DNA of 64,000 bases from an uncultured Gammaproteobacteria bacterium (GCA_942491945.1 CALODD010000116.1:1008-65007), one strand, 5' to 3'; counted from the first letter of the stretch, positions 50,726 through 60,759 are shown. Numbers and translations: made by a program. Notes: generated by a model from the sequence alone, not told the origin.

Positions 50726-51820
50726 TCACGCCGTTTCGGTTTCCGGTTCTTCATAAACCGGATAATCGGTATAGCCATGCTCATCACCGCCATAAAAGGT
50801 CTCCTGATCAGCCTCGTTTAATGGCAAGTTGTGGGCAAAGCGATGCACCAGGTCTGGATTGGCCAGGAACGGCACACCAAAAGACACCATATCGGCATCG
50901 CCGTTTTGCAATGCGTTTTTTGCACGCGCCAGGTCATAGCCGTTATTTGCCATGTATGGAGCATCGAAGCGATCGCGCAACGCGCGATAATCAACACTGG
51001 CCGACTTCGTCATCATGTCGCCCTCGAGCACATGCAAATAGGCCAGGCCGCGTTGGTTAAGTTGATCAACAAAATAGCCAAAGTGCGCCTGCGGATCCGA
51101 ATCGGACATCGAATTAAAACTGTTCTCTGGCGTAATTCGCACTCCGACATGATGCGCCGGCCACCGTTCGCACACCGCATCGAGTACTTCGTTTAATAAA
51201 CGCATGCGATTTTCAACGCTACCACCGTATTGATCATCACGCTGATTGGAGCCATCACGTAAAAACTGATCAAGCAAATAACCATTTGCGGCATGCACTT
51301 CAACACCATCGAAGCCGGCCCGGCTCGCCATCTCGGCAGCATGACGATATTGCGCGACAATGTCGGGTAACTCATCGGTGGCAAGAGCACGGGGCGTCAC
51401 AAACGGTTGCAAGCCTTCATACGTAAATGCATCACCTTCCGGGGCAATGGCGGACGGCGCCACCGGCGTGGCGTTGTTCGGTAACAGGCTAGGGTGCGAT
51501 ATGCGCCCGCAATACCACAACTGAATAAAGATATGTCCACCTTCTTTATGCACCGCATCAGTGACGCGCCGCCAGCAGGTGACCTGTTCATCGGTATAAA
51601 TGCCCGGCGTGGCTGGATAGCCGACACCGTCGGGTGATACCTGCGAGGCCTCGGTAATAATCAATCCGGCGCTGGCCCGCTGCGAATAATACTTTACCGC
51701 GATCGGTGGCGGGGCAAGTTGTTCATCGGCGCGATTACGCGTCATTGGCGCCATGACAATGCGGTTGGATAAAGTTAAATCGCCAATGGCGATGGGGTCG
51801 TACAGGCTGGCATTACTCAT
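50726..51820 (-). CDS. Old Yellow Enzyme family NADH:flavin oxidoreductase (alkene reductase, NemA-like)
   Basis: LSNRIVMAPMTRNRA...GFDGVEVHAANGYLLDQFL. Confidence 0.85.
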   Translation of the reverse strand: MSNASLYDPIAIGDLTLSNRIVMAPMTRNRADEQLAPPPIAVKYYSQRASAGLIITEASQVSPDGVGYPATPGIYTDEQVTCWRRVTDAVHKEGGHIFIQLWYCGRISHPSLLPNNATPVAPSAIAPEGDAFTYEGLQPFVTPRALATDELPDIVAQYRHAAEMASRAGFDGVEVHAANGYLLDQFLRDGSNQRDDQYGGSVENRMRLLNEVLDAVCERWPAHHVGVRITPENSFNSMSDSDPQAHFGYFVDQLNQRGLAYLHVLEGDMMTKSASVDYRALRDRFDAPYMANNGYDLARAKNALQNGDADMVSFGVPFLANPDLVHRFAHNLPLNEADQETFYGGDEHGYTDYPVYEEPETETA

Positions 51821-51863
51821 GATTTATACACTCCTGTGTGAATGCTTGAAATAAAAGGTTAAA

Positions 51864-51911
51864 TTAGGACGCTTATCCTAAAAATGACCAAATAATAGGA
51901 CGTATGCCCTA
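51864..51911. promoter_or_regulatory. Two operator-like palindromes upstream of the OYE-TetR-peroxiredoxin operon
   Basis: TTAGGACGCTTATCCTAA (51864-51881) and TAGGACGTATGCCCTA (51896-51911). The shared pattern is TAGGAC-N4-xxCCTA, 44-90 nt upstream of the OYE ATG. Confidence 0.5.
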
Positions 51912-52332
51912 AGATATCAAGCCGGGAGAGAAGTTCAAAACTTGCAGCAGGCCAAACAACAGTTCGGCCTCAAGCAACACAAGAAACTAAATCGCCAGCA
52001 ACGAGCTCAGCAAAGGCAGGGTAATCAGTTTTATATTGTGGGTCTTTTCTTTCATAATAGGCACTTCATGAGCAAGAAGTGCCAGCAGACAACTATCCCC
52101 GAGTAATTAGTTTAAGTACTTAGCGCAGTGTGGATGGGTTATTGAGCAGATAAGTTAGCGATAAATAAAAAAATATGTATAAGACCTGCAACTAAAATTG
52201 GCGAATTGTTTGATAGAGTAGAGTCAGATATGGAGCCGATAATTGAAGTGTTATGAGTTTAATGGTTATTCGGTATCGGACGATCAAGGGTTCGATGACA
52301 TCTATAGAAACGTATGAAAAGCGATACGCAAC

Positions 52333-53306
52333 ATGAAAGCCTGGATTATTCGAAAAGCGGGTGGAGCCGAGCAATTTCAGCTTGAGGAGGTAGAAACGCC
52401 AAGCCCACGAGAGGGCTGGTCACTAATTCGAATTCGCGCATTTGGACTGAACCGATCAGAATGGTTCACTCGAATAGGAGATTCCCCTACCGTGCAGTTT
52501 CCACGGGTGCTTGGAATTGAATGCGTGGGAGAAATCGTGGACGCGGGGGGATTGGATTTGGATCCCGGCACCACTGTCGCTGCAATAATGGGCGGAATGG
52601 GCCGTCAATTTGATGGCTCCTATGCAGATACACTTTGGTTCCACATCAGTGTGTATTTTCAATTCGCACCAAATTGCCCTGGGAAAAGTTTGCCGCCCTT
52701 CCCGAGATGCTTCAAACCACTCACGGGTCGTTATATGCCGGACTCGAGATCGACCGAGCAAAATCTCTATTGATTCGGGGAGGTACGTCTTCGATTGGAA
52801 TGGCCGCCCTGGCCCTGGCCAAGTATGCCGGTTTGAAAGTTGTTACCACTACTCGCGGTCCGGGAAAAATTGATGAACTCAAAGCTGCAGGCGCAGACGA
52901 GGTCTGGATCGATAATGGCGAAATACACCAGCAAATCGAGGAACAACGTGGAGAGCCCTATGATCGAGTAATTGAGTTAATCGGTGCGAGCACTTTGCTC
53001 GATTCGCTACGTTGTGTCGGACCTGGTGGTATCGTTTGTATGACGGGAATTCTTGGTGGAGAATGGGTCCTCAATGACTTCCATCCAATGGGGGATATAC
53101 CTACTGCGGTCAAGCTGACTTCATATAGCGGTGAGGCGGCGGATCTGGCGCCCACGCAACTACAAGGTTATATCGGCCTCGTGGAAAATGGAGAACTAGA
53201 AGTTAAGACGGGCCCTGTTTTTGATTTTGAGGAGTTGGTAGGGGCTCATAAGCTAATGGATGCCAATCAGGCAGGAGGGAAGATAGTTATTCGCGGTAAA
53301 GAATGA
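52333..53306 (+). pseudogene. Zinc-type / MDR-family alcohol dehydrogenase or quinone oxidoreductase, frameshifted near 52625
   Basis: The N-terminal reading MKAWIIRKAGGAEQFQLEEVETPSP...LGIECVGEIV is followed by YTLVPHQCVFSI...LLIRGGTSSIGMAALALAK in another frame. Confidence 0.75.
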
Positions 53307-53341
53307 ACACCCTATTACCAACACAAAATGAGGATAAATTA

Positions 53342-53629
53342 ATGTCAAACGAAGGCTATCATGAACCAGTCAATGAACTTTCAGACGAGACAAGAGATAT
53401 GCATAGAGCGATTACATCGTTAATGGAGGAATTAGAAGCAGTTGACTGGTATAACCAGCGAGTAGATACGTGTAAAGATAGTGAGCTAAAGGCAATACTT
53501 GCCCACAATCGTGATGAAGAAAAAGAACATGCCGCGATGGTGCTTGAATGGATTCGCCGTAAAGACCCCTCGTTTGACAGCGAATTAAAGGATTACTTGT
53601 TTACCGATAAACCAATTGCTCATGAGTAA
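53342..53629 (+). CDS. EncFtn-type ferritin-like protein, copy 2
   Basis: Near-identical architecture to 48900-49187 (HEPVNELSDETRDMHRAITSLMEELEAVDWYNQRVD...); RBS GAGGA. Confidence 0.75.
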   Translation: MSNEGYHEPVNELSDETRDMHRAITSLMEELEAVDWYNQRVDTCKDSELKAILAHNRDEEKEHAAMVLEWIRRKDPSFDSELKDYLFTDKPIAHE

Positions 53630-53638
53630 GAGTCGCCC

Positions 53639-53707
53639 GGCAAACGCATGCAGTCGGACAAAGTGCCCGCTACACGATCACTTTGCCGCTGATGCGAAGC
53701 GTTAGGC
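53639..53707 (+). repeat. attC site
   Basis: GGCAAAC ... GTTAGGC; stem CAAAGTG / CACTTTG. Confidence 0.7.
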
Positions 53708-53727
53708 AACAAGCGGAGATCTGTATA

Positions 53728-54222
53728 GTGTCACAGTCAAAACAGAGACAAATCCTGGGGCTTATCGGTTGGCTCGTTGTGAGCTTTGCCGCTTCTGCCG
53801 TTGGAGCTTTTGCATCAATGCAGGCGAAGTCTTTTTACAGCCAGCTAGCCCAGCCTGCCTGGGCACCGCCTCCATGGATTTTCGGGCCAGTCTGGACAGT
53901 TCTGTATGTCATGATGGCTCTCGCCGCATGGCTGGTATGGCGCTCCGGAGGATTCCGCACCAATCGCATCGCGCTCTCGTTATTTCTAGTGCAACTCGCA
54001 CTGAACGCCCTCTGGAGCTGGGTCTTCTTTGCCTGGCATTTCGGTGCCCTGGCATTTGCCGACATCGTGTTGCTTTGGGTCCTTATTGTTGCCACCCTTG
54101 TTTTTTTCTGGCGCGTGCGTCCTCTAGCCGGCGCTCTCCTCATTCCGTACCTGCTATGGGTCAGTTTCGCATCTGCACTCAACTACGCTTTATGGCAGCT
54201 CAACCCCCAGGTTTTAGGTTAG
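53728..54222 (+). CDS. tspO: TspO/MBR tryptophan-rich sensory protein
   Basis: PAWAPPPWIFGPVWTVLY...LNALWSWVFF...IPYLLWVSFASALN. The GTG at 53728 is preferred because the ORF-track start lies inside the attC. Confidence 0.8.
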   Translation: MSQSKQRQILGLIGWLVVSFAASAVGAFASMQAKSFYSQLAQPAWAPPPWIFGPVWTVLYVMMALAAWLVWRSGGFRTNRIALSLFLVQLALNALWSWVFFAWHFGALAFADIVLLWVLIVATLVFFWRVRPLAGALLIPYLLWVSFASALNYALWQLNPQVLG

Positions 54223-54243
54223 TGGCGTGCTGCCTGAAAATCA

Positions 54244-54298
54244 GGACAACAAGGACCCCGCGCCAACGCACTCGCGCATGCTAGCTGTGACGTTAGGC
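54244..54298 (+). repeat. attC site
   Basis: GGACAAC ... GTTAGGC. Confidence 0.65.
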
Positions 54299-54456
54299 AT
54301 ACAAATATGGGATCTAACGAAAAAAATCGGGCATCGGTTAGGAAGGCATGAAGCACATGCCATACAAACACATGAATTGATCTTTGGGGCAAGATGAAAA
54401 ACTATTGATAATGAATCTTTTATAAACCTTATGTATTGGAAAATTATTACAACACT

Positions 54457-55101
54457 ATGACTATGAAGCTTATACAAAAACGCTTTTTTAAAGGCACCAG
54501 GGAATTCGAAATCATCGATGATGCCGTATATGTGCGGATGAAAGGGCTGCTAAAAGAGGAAAAGTCGACTGTGGGTCTATCGATACTAAACCCTGAACCG
54601 GTGGTGTCCGGGTCAGAGCTGGAGTTTCATGGACGAACCAAGCGTGAGCCTCTGCTATCACTGTTAATAAATAATCCCAATGCTGAGAAATTTAATACCT
54701 TTGTCGATGCGCTGAAGCAAAGAGTCCTGGCAGAGGGCAACGCCTATGCAGGAGTTGAGGAAGTATCCCCTGAAACTTCACGGTCTGAAGCCCTTGGTTG
54801 GAATGTGTATGAGGAACCACCGGACTTCGAGGAAGATGACGAGACGCGAGAGAGATTTAGCCATCAGGCTGTCAATGCAGAAAGACTGGATAATGATATC
54901 GCCATGCTGAAAACCTATCTGGATGAGGATGAGATCAGGCCCTTGCTCGTTTCTCTTAAAACACTCAAAGAGCAACCTCAAGACGAAGAGGCTTTTCAGA
55001 AGATGGTGGATGCCTTCAACGATCTGGGTATCATTCAAGGCGCGGTATTGACCTATGCGCCTTATCTCAAAGTTCTGCTATCTGAATCCATTCGATTATA
55101 A
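54457..55101 (+). CDS. Hypothetical protein (about 214 aa), no family recognised
   Basis: Single-ORF cassette with an acidic central region and a helical C-terminus. Confidence 0.5.
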   Translation: MTMKLIQKRFFKGTREFEIIDDAVYVRMKGLLKEEKSTVGLSILNPEPVVSGSELEFHGRTKREPLLSLLINNPNAEKFNTFVDALKQRVLAEGNAYAGVEEVSPETSRSEALGWNVYEEPPDFEEDDETRERFSHQAVNAERLDNDIAMLKTYLDEDEIRPLLVSLKTLKEQPQDEEAFQKMVDAFNDLGIIQGAVLTYAPYLKVLLSESIRL

Positions 55102-55133
55102 ATAAAGAGAAATTCGGCTAAAAAAGAATAAAT

Positions 55134-55213
55134 ACCTAATAATCACATCAACGCCGACAGCCAAAACCTGCGGCCTGATAAAGCAAGGGCTTTGGTATGA
55201 CTGCCGGTTATGT
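55134..55213 (+). repeat. attC-like site
   Basis: ACCTAAT ... GTTATGT. Confidence 0.4.
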
Positions 55214-55246
55214 AGGTTTCATGGATAGAAAGAAGCTTTATCATTT

Positions 55247-56011
55247 ATGGTATCAATACGAAAAAATCGGATAATTACATTACTTAAAGGTATTGAAACC
55301 GGGGAGCCGTCTTCGGTCGAGGTTATAAATCCCGAAAAGTATATTCAACACAACCCTCAAACTAACGAAGGTCGAGAAGGTTTAGCCAGGCTCTTTAAGC
55401 GACTGTCGTTGACTTCTCCTCGAGTAAACATTGTTCGAATATTTGAAGATGGTGACTATGTTTTTGCGCATACTGAATATGATTTTGCTCATTCAAATAT
55501 TGGTTTTGAAGTATTTAGGTTCGAAGATGATATGACCGTAGAGCATTGGGACAATATCCAGTTGAGGCAAGGCCCAAATGGTTCAACTCACTCTATGTTG
55601 AGTGGCCCGACTGAGGTAAGCGATCTCGATAGTACTGACGAAAATCGACAGATCGTAGGTTCTTTCGTTGATGAGATTCTCATAAACACCAGGTTTTCAA
55701 AGATCGAAACCTACATAAGTAAAGAGCAGTTTACGCAACATAACCCTTCTATGGTTGATGGGAATACGGCGATAATCGACGCATTGAAAGATAGTTGCGA
55801 TAAAGGAATTCGGCTGAATTACGAAAAAAACTACAAAATTTTAGCTGAAGGAAATTTTGTACTATCTGTGTGCGAAGGGTATTTTAATGAAGTCCATTCG
55901 GCGATCTATGATTTATACCGTGTCGATAGAGGGAAACTCGTCGAACACTGGGATACAATCGAAGCGATCCCTCCACAAAGTGAATGGAAAAATGATAATG
56001 GTAAGTTTTAA
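55247..56011 (+). CDS. SnoaL/NTF2-like protein (two tandem NTF2-like halves)
   Basis: EKYIQHNPQTNEGREGL and FTQHNPSMVDG repeats; an intact paralog of 41187-41789. Confidence 0.6.
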   Translation: MVSIRKNRIITLLKGIETGEPSSVEVINPEKYIQHNPQTNEGREGLARLFKRLSLTSPRVNIVRIFEDGDYVFAHTEYDFAHSNIGFEVFRFEDDMTVEHWDNIQLRQGPNGSTHSMLSGPTEVSDLDSTDENRQIVGSFVDEILINTRFSKIETYISKEQFTQHNPSMVDGNTAIIDALKDSCDKGIRLNYEKNYKILAEGNFVLSVCEGYFNEVHSAIYDLYRVDRGKLVEHWDTIEAIPPQSEWKNDNGKF

Positions 56012-56029
56012 ATAAAATATGAGAAAAAT

Positions 56030-56087
56030 TCCTAACAATTGCATTGTGCCGGGGCTGCCAACCGTGCCGCTTATTAAAATGTTAGGC
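56030..56087 (+). repeat. attC site
   Basis: TCCTAAC ... GTTAGGC. Confidence 0.7.
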
Positions 56088-56104
56088 GCCACTTGAGATA
56101 GCTT

Positions 56105-56713
56105 ATGATCGATTTTTTGGCAACGTTTATCTTCTTTTTTGCGGTGATCGACCCTATTGGCACGATACCTGTTTTTATCGCGGTTACCCGCCAATTCGAT
56201 GAGCACACTAAAAGAGGAATAGCAGTTAAAGCTACACTCGCTGCAGCAGGAATTCTCTTGTTCTTCGTTGTGGCCGGTGAAGTCATCCTTACTGCAATGG
56301 CGATTCCACTTTCGGCATTTCAGATTGCCGGGGGTATTGTGTTGTTTCTATTTGCTCTTTCAATGATTTTCGGTGAGAGCAAGCCTGAACAAGAAGTTAA
56401 ATTGGCGGTAAGCGGCAGTGAAACTGCCATTTTTCCGCTTGCAGTTCCGTCTATTGCTGGACCAGGTGCAATACTGGCGGCAGTTTTGATGACTGAGAAT
56501 GCTCGTTTCGGCCTTATTGAGCAGGCTCAGACTGCAGCAGTGATACTTGCGGTGTTACTGATCGTTCTTCTACTCATGCTTGGAGCGAGCTGGATTTACC
56601 GCTTTATTGGCAGCAGTGGAGCTAGCATTGTCAGTCGGGTAATGGGCTTGATCCTTGCCTCTGTTGCAACCGCAAATGTATTGGTCGGAATTAAGGAATA
56701 CTTTTCATTGTGA
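56105..56713 (+). CDS. MarC family (UPF0056) membrane protein
   Basis: FIFFFAVIDPIGTIPVFIAVT motif; 6 TM segments. Confidence 0.75.
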   Translation: MIDFLATFIFFFAVIDPIGTIPVFIAVTRQFDEHTKRGIAVKATLAAAGILLFFVVAGEVILTAMAIPLSAFQIAGGIVLFLFALSMIFGESKPEQEVKLAVSGSETAIFPLAVPSIAGPGAILAAVLMTENARFGLIEQAQTAAVILAVLLIVLLLMLGASWIYRFIGSSGASIVSRVMGLILASVATANVLVGIKEYFSL

Positions 56714-56726
56714 AGTACGAAATTTC

Positions 56727-56786
56727 ATCTAACAAGTGCAAGCAGTCTGACGCCCAATACGCAGCGTGGTATTACCGTAGTTGTTG
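56727..56786 (+). repeat. attC-like site
   Basis: ATCTAAC ... GTTGTTG (weak right core). Confidence 0.35.
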
Positions 56787-56939
56787 CAGGCTTTATGAAA
56801 TCGATGGAGTCAGACACTAATGATCTTAGTGCGCTTTTTATTCAACTTAGTCGAACAACACATCACCGGTTGTTTTTCTTTTCATCTGTGTTGTGGTAGG
56901 TAGAGTGACGCTAATTACTTCCCTGGTTTGGAACTTGCG

Positions 56940-57452
56940 ATGAATGATGAGATTAATTACCAGAATAACCCTCTGCATGGCGTTGGTTTAAAACAACTTT
57001 TGACTGAAGTCGTCAATCACTATGGGTTCAATATTCTTTATGCCTATTTGAATATCAATTGTTTTAAGAACAATCCTGGTATTGAATCCAGTGTGAGGTT
57101 TCTTAAAAAAACGGACTGGGCGCGTGAAAAAGTTGAAGCTTTCTATTTATATGAATTTAAGAACTTACCTAGAGCGTCAGACGAGCAGTTTGAATTATCG
57201 CCCAGGGATCGCATTGTGCCTGAAGGGCAAAAACCGGGTGAGCCTGCGGAATTAAGTCTGGAAGATGCTGAGCGTTTGCGCGAAAAACGTGCGAAGAAAT
57301 CAGCTGCGTATGATTCGGGCTCGGGTAAAAATTTTGGTGCTCAAAGAGGTGGCAGGTATAGTGAAAATCGGAACAGTGGACGCGAATCGTTGAAATCTCC
57401 AAAGCCATCTACCAAGAGTGGATCAGATCCATGGGCTAAGTGGAGAAAGTGA
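56940..57452 (+). CDS. VF530-like (DUF2132) putative DNA-binding protein with a basic C-terminal tail
   Basis: [21 protein letters not shown]...[17 protein letters not shown]. Confidence 0.65.
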   Translation: MNDEINYQNNPLHGVGLKQLLTEVVNHYGFNILYAYLNINCFKNNPGIESSVRFLKKTDWAREKVEAFYLYEFKNLPRASDEQFELSPRDRIVPEGQKPGEPAELSLEDAERLREKRAKKSAAYDSGSGKNFGAQRGGRYSENRNSGRESLKSPKPSTKSGSDPWAKWRK

Positions 57453-57480
57453 ATCAGTTTTAAAGTTTGCAGGTGTGGTG

Positions 57481-57553
57481 TGGCAACTAGTAACCAGTTC
57501 TTCAGCTAGCACTTATCAAGTGATTGAGAGTCCGGTGTAAAAAAACGTTGCGC
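57481..57553 (+). repeat. attC-like site
   Basis: TGGCAAC ... GTTGCGC. Confidence 0.45.
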
Positions 57554-57628
57554 CTTTAAAATCAATCGTTGGTTTTATGCTGCATGTAGATGCATAGCAT
57601 AAATTATAAATCTGGAGGAGTACTTGAA

Positions 57629-58000
57629 ATGAATAATACTAATGTTACAGCCTTTAAAGACTTACAATTCGCACCCCTGGCAGAGGGAAGCCCTGTTGAA
57701 GTAGCTATGCTATGGGGCGATCCAGAAACAGGCCCTGCTGCAGTTATGGTTCGGTTTCCAGAAGGATACCAGGAACCCTGGCATAGCCATTCAGCAACTT
57801 ATCACTCAGTGCTTATAAAAGGTGATTTTCAAACACGCAGCAAAGATGCAGATGGTACTACTGTATCAGAAGTCTATGGTCCGGGATCATACGCGGTTCA
57901 ACCTGGAGGAGCCGTTCATGCAGAAATTAATGCTGGATCCGGCGAATTAGTTGCACTGGTATATTTTGATGGGCCGGTTGATTTTGCTTTAGATGAGTGA
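57629..58000 (+). CDS. Cupin domain protein
   Basis: RBS GGAGGAG. FPEGYQEPWHSHSATYHSVLIKGDF...GGAVHAE. Confidence 0.65.
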   Translation: MNNTNVTAFKDLQFAPLAEGSPVEVAMLWGDPETGPAAVMVRFPEGYQEPWHSHSATYHSVLIKGDFQTRSKDADGTTVSEVYGPGSYAVQPGGAVHAEINAGSGELVALVYFDGPVDFALDE

Positions 58001-58220
58001 CTGCGTCGCGCATCCTGGCTATTACACAACATATGGCATTTCATCTGCTGGGATAAAAAGATTCGACGCACCGTATCCTATCCCGCTTGAGAATTCTGAT
58101 GGATGGATGGTTCAATAGCTTGATGCGCGGATTTTTCGGCGTTTTAGCGGGCAAGTGTTATGTGCTGATGCACTCAATGATCCAAAGTATTGGCGAGAGT
58201 CATATTAAAAATGATCGCTA

Positions 58221-58280
58221 ATAAAACGTTAAACCAGATCGGCGTAAAAGTATGCCTCCTGACTAACTGTAACGTTATGT
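58221..58280 (+). repeat. attC-like site
   Basis: ATAAAAC ... GTTATGT. A second GTTATGT at 58157, paired with ACACAAC at 58024, may mark another degenerate site. Confidence 0.4.
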
Positions 58281-58304
58281 GTCAATAAGGATAAAAATTA
58301 TTCT

Positions 58305-58577
58305 ATGGACTGGAAAATATTTATTACAATTTTCGCATCAGTATTTATAGCGGAGCTAGGAGATAAAACCCAACTAGCAACCATGTTATTTGCTACTGAC
58401 AAAGATGTAAGCAAATACACTGTTTTTTTTGCTGCATCTGCTGCTTTAATCGTTGCATCGGCACTAGGTGTGTTAGCCGGAAGCCTTTTTTCTGAATACA
58501 TTAATGAGAAATATTTGCATTACATCGCGGGTCTTGGTTTTATCATGATAGGTGCTTTTACTTTATACAATGCCTAG
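58305..58577 (+). CDS. UPF0016 (GDT1/TMEM165) single-domain membrane protein, putative Mn2+/Ca2+ transporter subunit
   Basis: ELGDKTQLAT signature; 90 aa, 3 TM segments. Confidence 0.75.
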   Translation: MDWKIFITIFASVFIAELGDKTQLATMLFATDKDVSKYTVFFAASAALIVASALGVLAGSLFSEYINEKYLHYIAGLGFIMIGAFTLYNA

Positions 58578-58588
58578 ATAATATAAAA

Positions 58589-58651
58589 AGGCAACTAAGA
58601 TCCCCCTTAAAAAGCACCCTGGACGCCGCGCACTTTTTTAGAACGTTATGC
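58589..58651 (+). repeat. attC site
   Basis: AGGCAAC ... GTTATGC. Confidence 0.55.
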
Positions 58652-58679
58652 CGACATTAAGCAGTAGAGGATTTCCGAG

Positions 58680-59000
58680 ATGAAACTAGGTTTAGTTATT
58701 TATTCAAACGATCCTGAAACAGTATGGAATGCGTTTAGACTGGGAATATTTTCTTTAAAAAAAGAAGATCAAGTGAAAGTATTTTTATTAGCAAAAGGGG
58801 TCGAATGTGAGTCTTTGGACACTGATAAATTTAACGTTACAAATGAAATGAGTGAATATATTCGATCAGGCGGAGAAATACTCGCTTGCGGTACGTGCCT
58901 CAAAATCAGGCAATCTGAAGGTTCTGATATATGTCCCTTATCAACAATGGCTGATTTATACGAAGTTATTCAGGTATCTGACAAGCTGTTAACATTTTAA
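58680..59000 (+). CDS. DsrE/DsrF-like family protein
   Basis: MKLGLVIYSNDPETVWNAFRLG ... ILACGTCLKIR. Confidence 0.65.
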   Translation: MKLGLVIYSNDPETVWNAFRLGIFSLKKEDQVKVFLLAKGVECESLDTDKFNVTNEMSEYIRSGGEILACGTCLKIRQSEGSDICPLSTMADLYEVIQVSDKLLTF

Positions 59001-59094
59001 GCATAACAACGCACTTGCCTTTGTGAGCGCTTCTATTGGTAAACTCGCTACTAATCTCAGAACAATATTTTGTTCTTTTGAGGAATGCTTAGGA
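59001..59094 (+). repeat. attC-like site with a mutated right core
   Basis: GCATAAC immediately after the stop ... CTTAGGA (G to C in the core). Confidence 0.35.
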
Positions 59095-59131
59095 TCATTT
59101 GGCCTGGTGGTGATCTGAAGAAAGCAACGAC

Positions 59132-59677
59132 ATGAATAATTAAAGATTGAAATCATTAAAACATTTACTAGATACCAACCTGGTTTGGGCTGAATCAGCT
59201 AAGTAAAAAGACCCGAAATTTTTCACGCGACTATCAACTTAGAACCTGGCGAGGTGTTTGTACATCGTAACATTGCAAATGTTGTAGTGCATACATATCT
59301 GAATTGCCTTTCAGTAATACAGTTTGCTGGTGAAATCCTAAAAGTTAAACATATTATACTTTGTGGTCATATGGCTGTGGTGGTATCAAAGCCGCATTGG
59401 AAAACCAGGAGCATGGTCTGATAGATAACTGGTTACGAGACGTAAAAGATGTTATTCGCTTCAATGCGCGATTGTTTGAAGGGTTTGAACATGACAGGAA
59501 ACTGGGTTTGCTTTGTGAGTTCAATGTAAAAGAGCAAGTTAAAAATATATGCAATACTACTGTTGTCAAGAATGTCTGGAAACAGGGAAAGACCTTACTG
59601 TACACGGCTGCATCTACAGTATTGAAAATGGTGTTCTAAAAGATTTAGATACCGGCTTTACGTCAGAAGACATATAA
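59132..59677 (+). pseudogene. can: Beta-class carbonic anhydrase (Can-like), badly decayed
   Basis: Recognisable segments are [51 protein letters not shown] and [26 protein letters not shown]. Lesions are in-frame TAA codons, loss of the CSDSR region, and frameshifts. Confidence 0.75.
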
Positions 59678-59742
59678 AATATCGCTTTATCAGAATGTAC
59701 TTCTGCTACGCTTCAGAGAGCCGGGAAGTCAGATTGTTATTC
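59672..59742 (+). repeat. Possible degenerate attC
   Basis: ATATAAA ... GTTATTC. Confidence 0.3.
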
Positions 59743-59746
59743 CAAT

Positions 59747-60340
59747 ATGCGGAGAAAAGATGTGGACTTTTATAACGATCCTTTAAAAGTCGATGAATAT
59801 GAAAAAATCTGCGAAGGGTACGACGGCACAGAACTATATAAAGTGTTAGATCAGTATCTTGCGGAACAATCTACCTTGCTAGAAATAGGTAGCGGTCCTG
59901 GTAATGATATTAATTATTTGCTTAAGAAATACTTAGTTACGGGTTCAGATTTATCCGATGAATTTCTTGCTAGATGTAAAAAAAGATTTCCAGGTATACC
60001 TTTCGTACAGTTAGATGCGGTATCAATCAATATAGATAAAAAATTTGATTGTGTGTATTCAAATAAGGTGTTGCATCACTTGACTATAGAGCAATTAGAA
60101 AAGTCATTTAAACGACAACAAAAAGTGATTCAAGAAAATGGCATATTTGCACATACATTTTGGTTAGGAGATAAAGAATTTACAATGGAGGGTATGTTGT
60201 TCATGTTTCATGATCGAGAACGGTTAATCAGCCTGGTTGCTAAATATTTTACGATTCTCGATACCCATGACTATGAAGAATTCGAAGAAGGTGACTCAAT
60301 TTTTGTTATCGCTCAAAACTGTGCGGAAAATTACGGCTAA
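59747..60340 (+). CDS. Class I SAM-dependent methyltransferase
   Basis: LLEIGSGPGNDINYL ... FDCVYSNKVLHHL. Confidence 0.75.
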   Translation: MRRKDVDFYNDPLKVDEYEKICEGYDGTELYKVLDQYLAEQSTLLEIGSGPGNDINYLLKKYLVTGSDLSDEFLARCKKRFPGIPFVQLDAVSINIDKKFDCVYSNKVLHHLTIEQLEKSFKRQQKVIQENGIFAHTFWLGDKEFTMEGMLFMFHDRERLISLVAKYFTILDTHDYEEFEEGDSIFVIAQNCAENYG

Positions 60341-60394
60341 TAATCTACATCAGCGGATGGGGCTATAACATGCTGATGGACCGGGGCGTTAGAT
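60335..60394 (+). repeat. attC site
   Basis: GGCTAAT (containing the stop) ... GTTAGAT; stem CATCAGC / GCTGATG. Confidence 0.6.
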
Positions 60395-60632
60395 GTCGAC
60401 GGTATTGATTAAATCTATATGTTTAATATTAGGAACTTACACAACATTGATTCTTATTGGAATAATTCCTGTAATTATTTTCTGGATAATAAGTATTATT
60501 CTTTTTATAGTTTCCCGGCTCTCAAATAAAATTAAATTATTCTCAGAATGGTCGTTACTCCAGTTCTTATTAACATTAAGTGTTGCCCTGGGAATACCAT
60601 ATTTACTTTTGTTAGCAAGTCCCGGATTCTGA
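60393..60632 (+). CDS. Hypothetical small 3-TM membrane protein
   Basis: Hydrophobic 79-aa ORF starting at the attC right core. Confidence 0.45.
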   Translation: MSTVLIKSICLILGTYTTLILIGIIPVIIFWIISIILFIVSRLSNKIKLFSEWSLLQFLLTLSVALGIPYLLLLASPGF

Positions 60633-60637
60633 AAGTA

Positions 60638-60748
60638 GGCTAACAATTAAACAAACCACGCAGAAATAAGTGAGTGAAAAATGATATTTAATTCTATTAC
60701 CATCACCCAGGAAGACGAACTCACAGATCATCAGCAATTGCATTAAGG
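60638..60748 (+). repeat. attC-like site with a degenerate right core
   Basis: GGCTAACAATT ... CAATTGCATTAAGG. Confidence 0.4.
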
Positions 60749-60759
60749 GCAGGCTAGTA

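Noticed and set aside
53769-54284. 171-aa alternate-frame ORF overlapping tspO
   Set aside because: It lies on the same strand in a different frame within a GC-rich gene. The TspO frame carries the conserved Trp-rich motifs and this frame has none.
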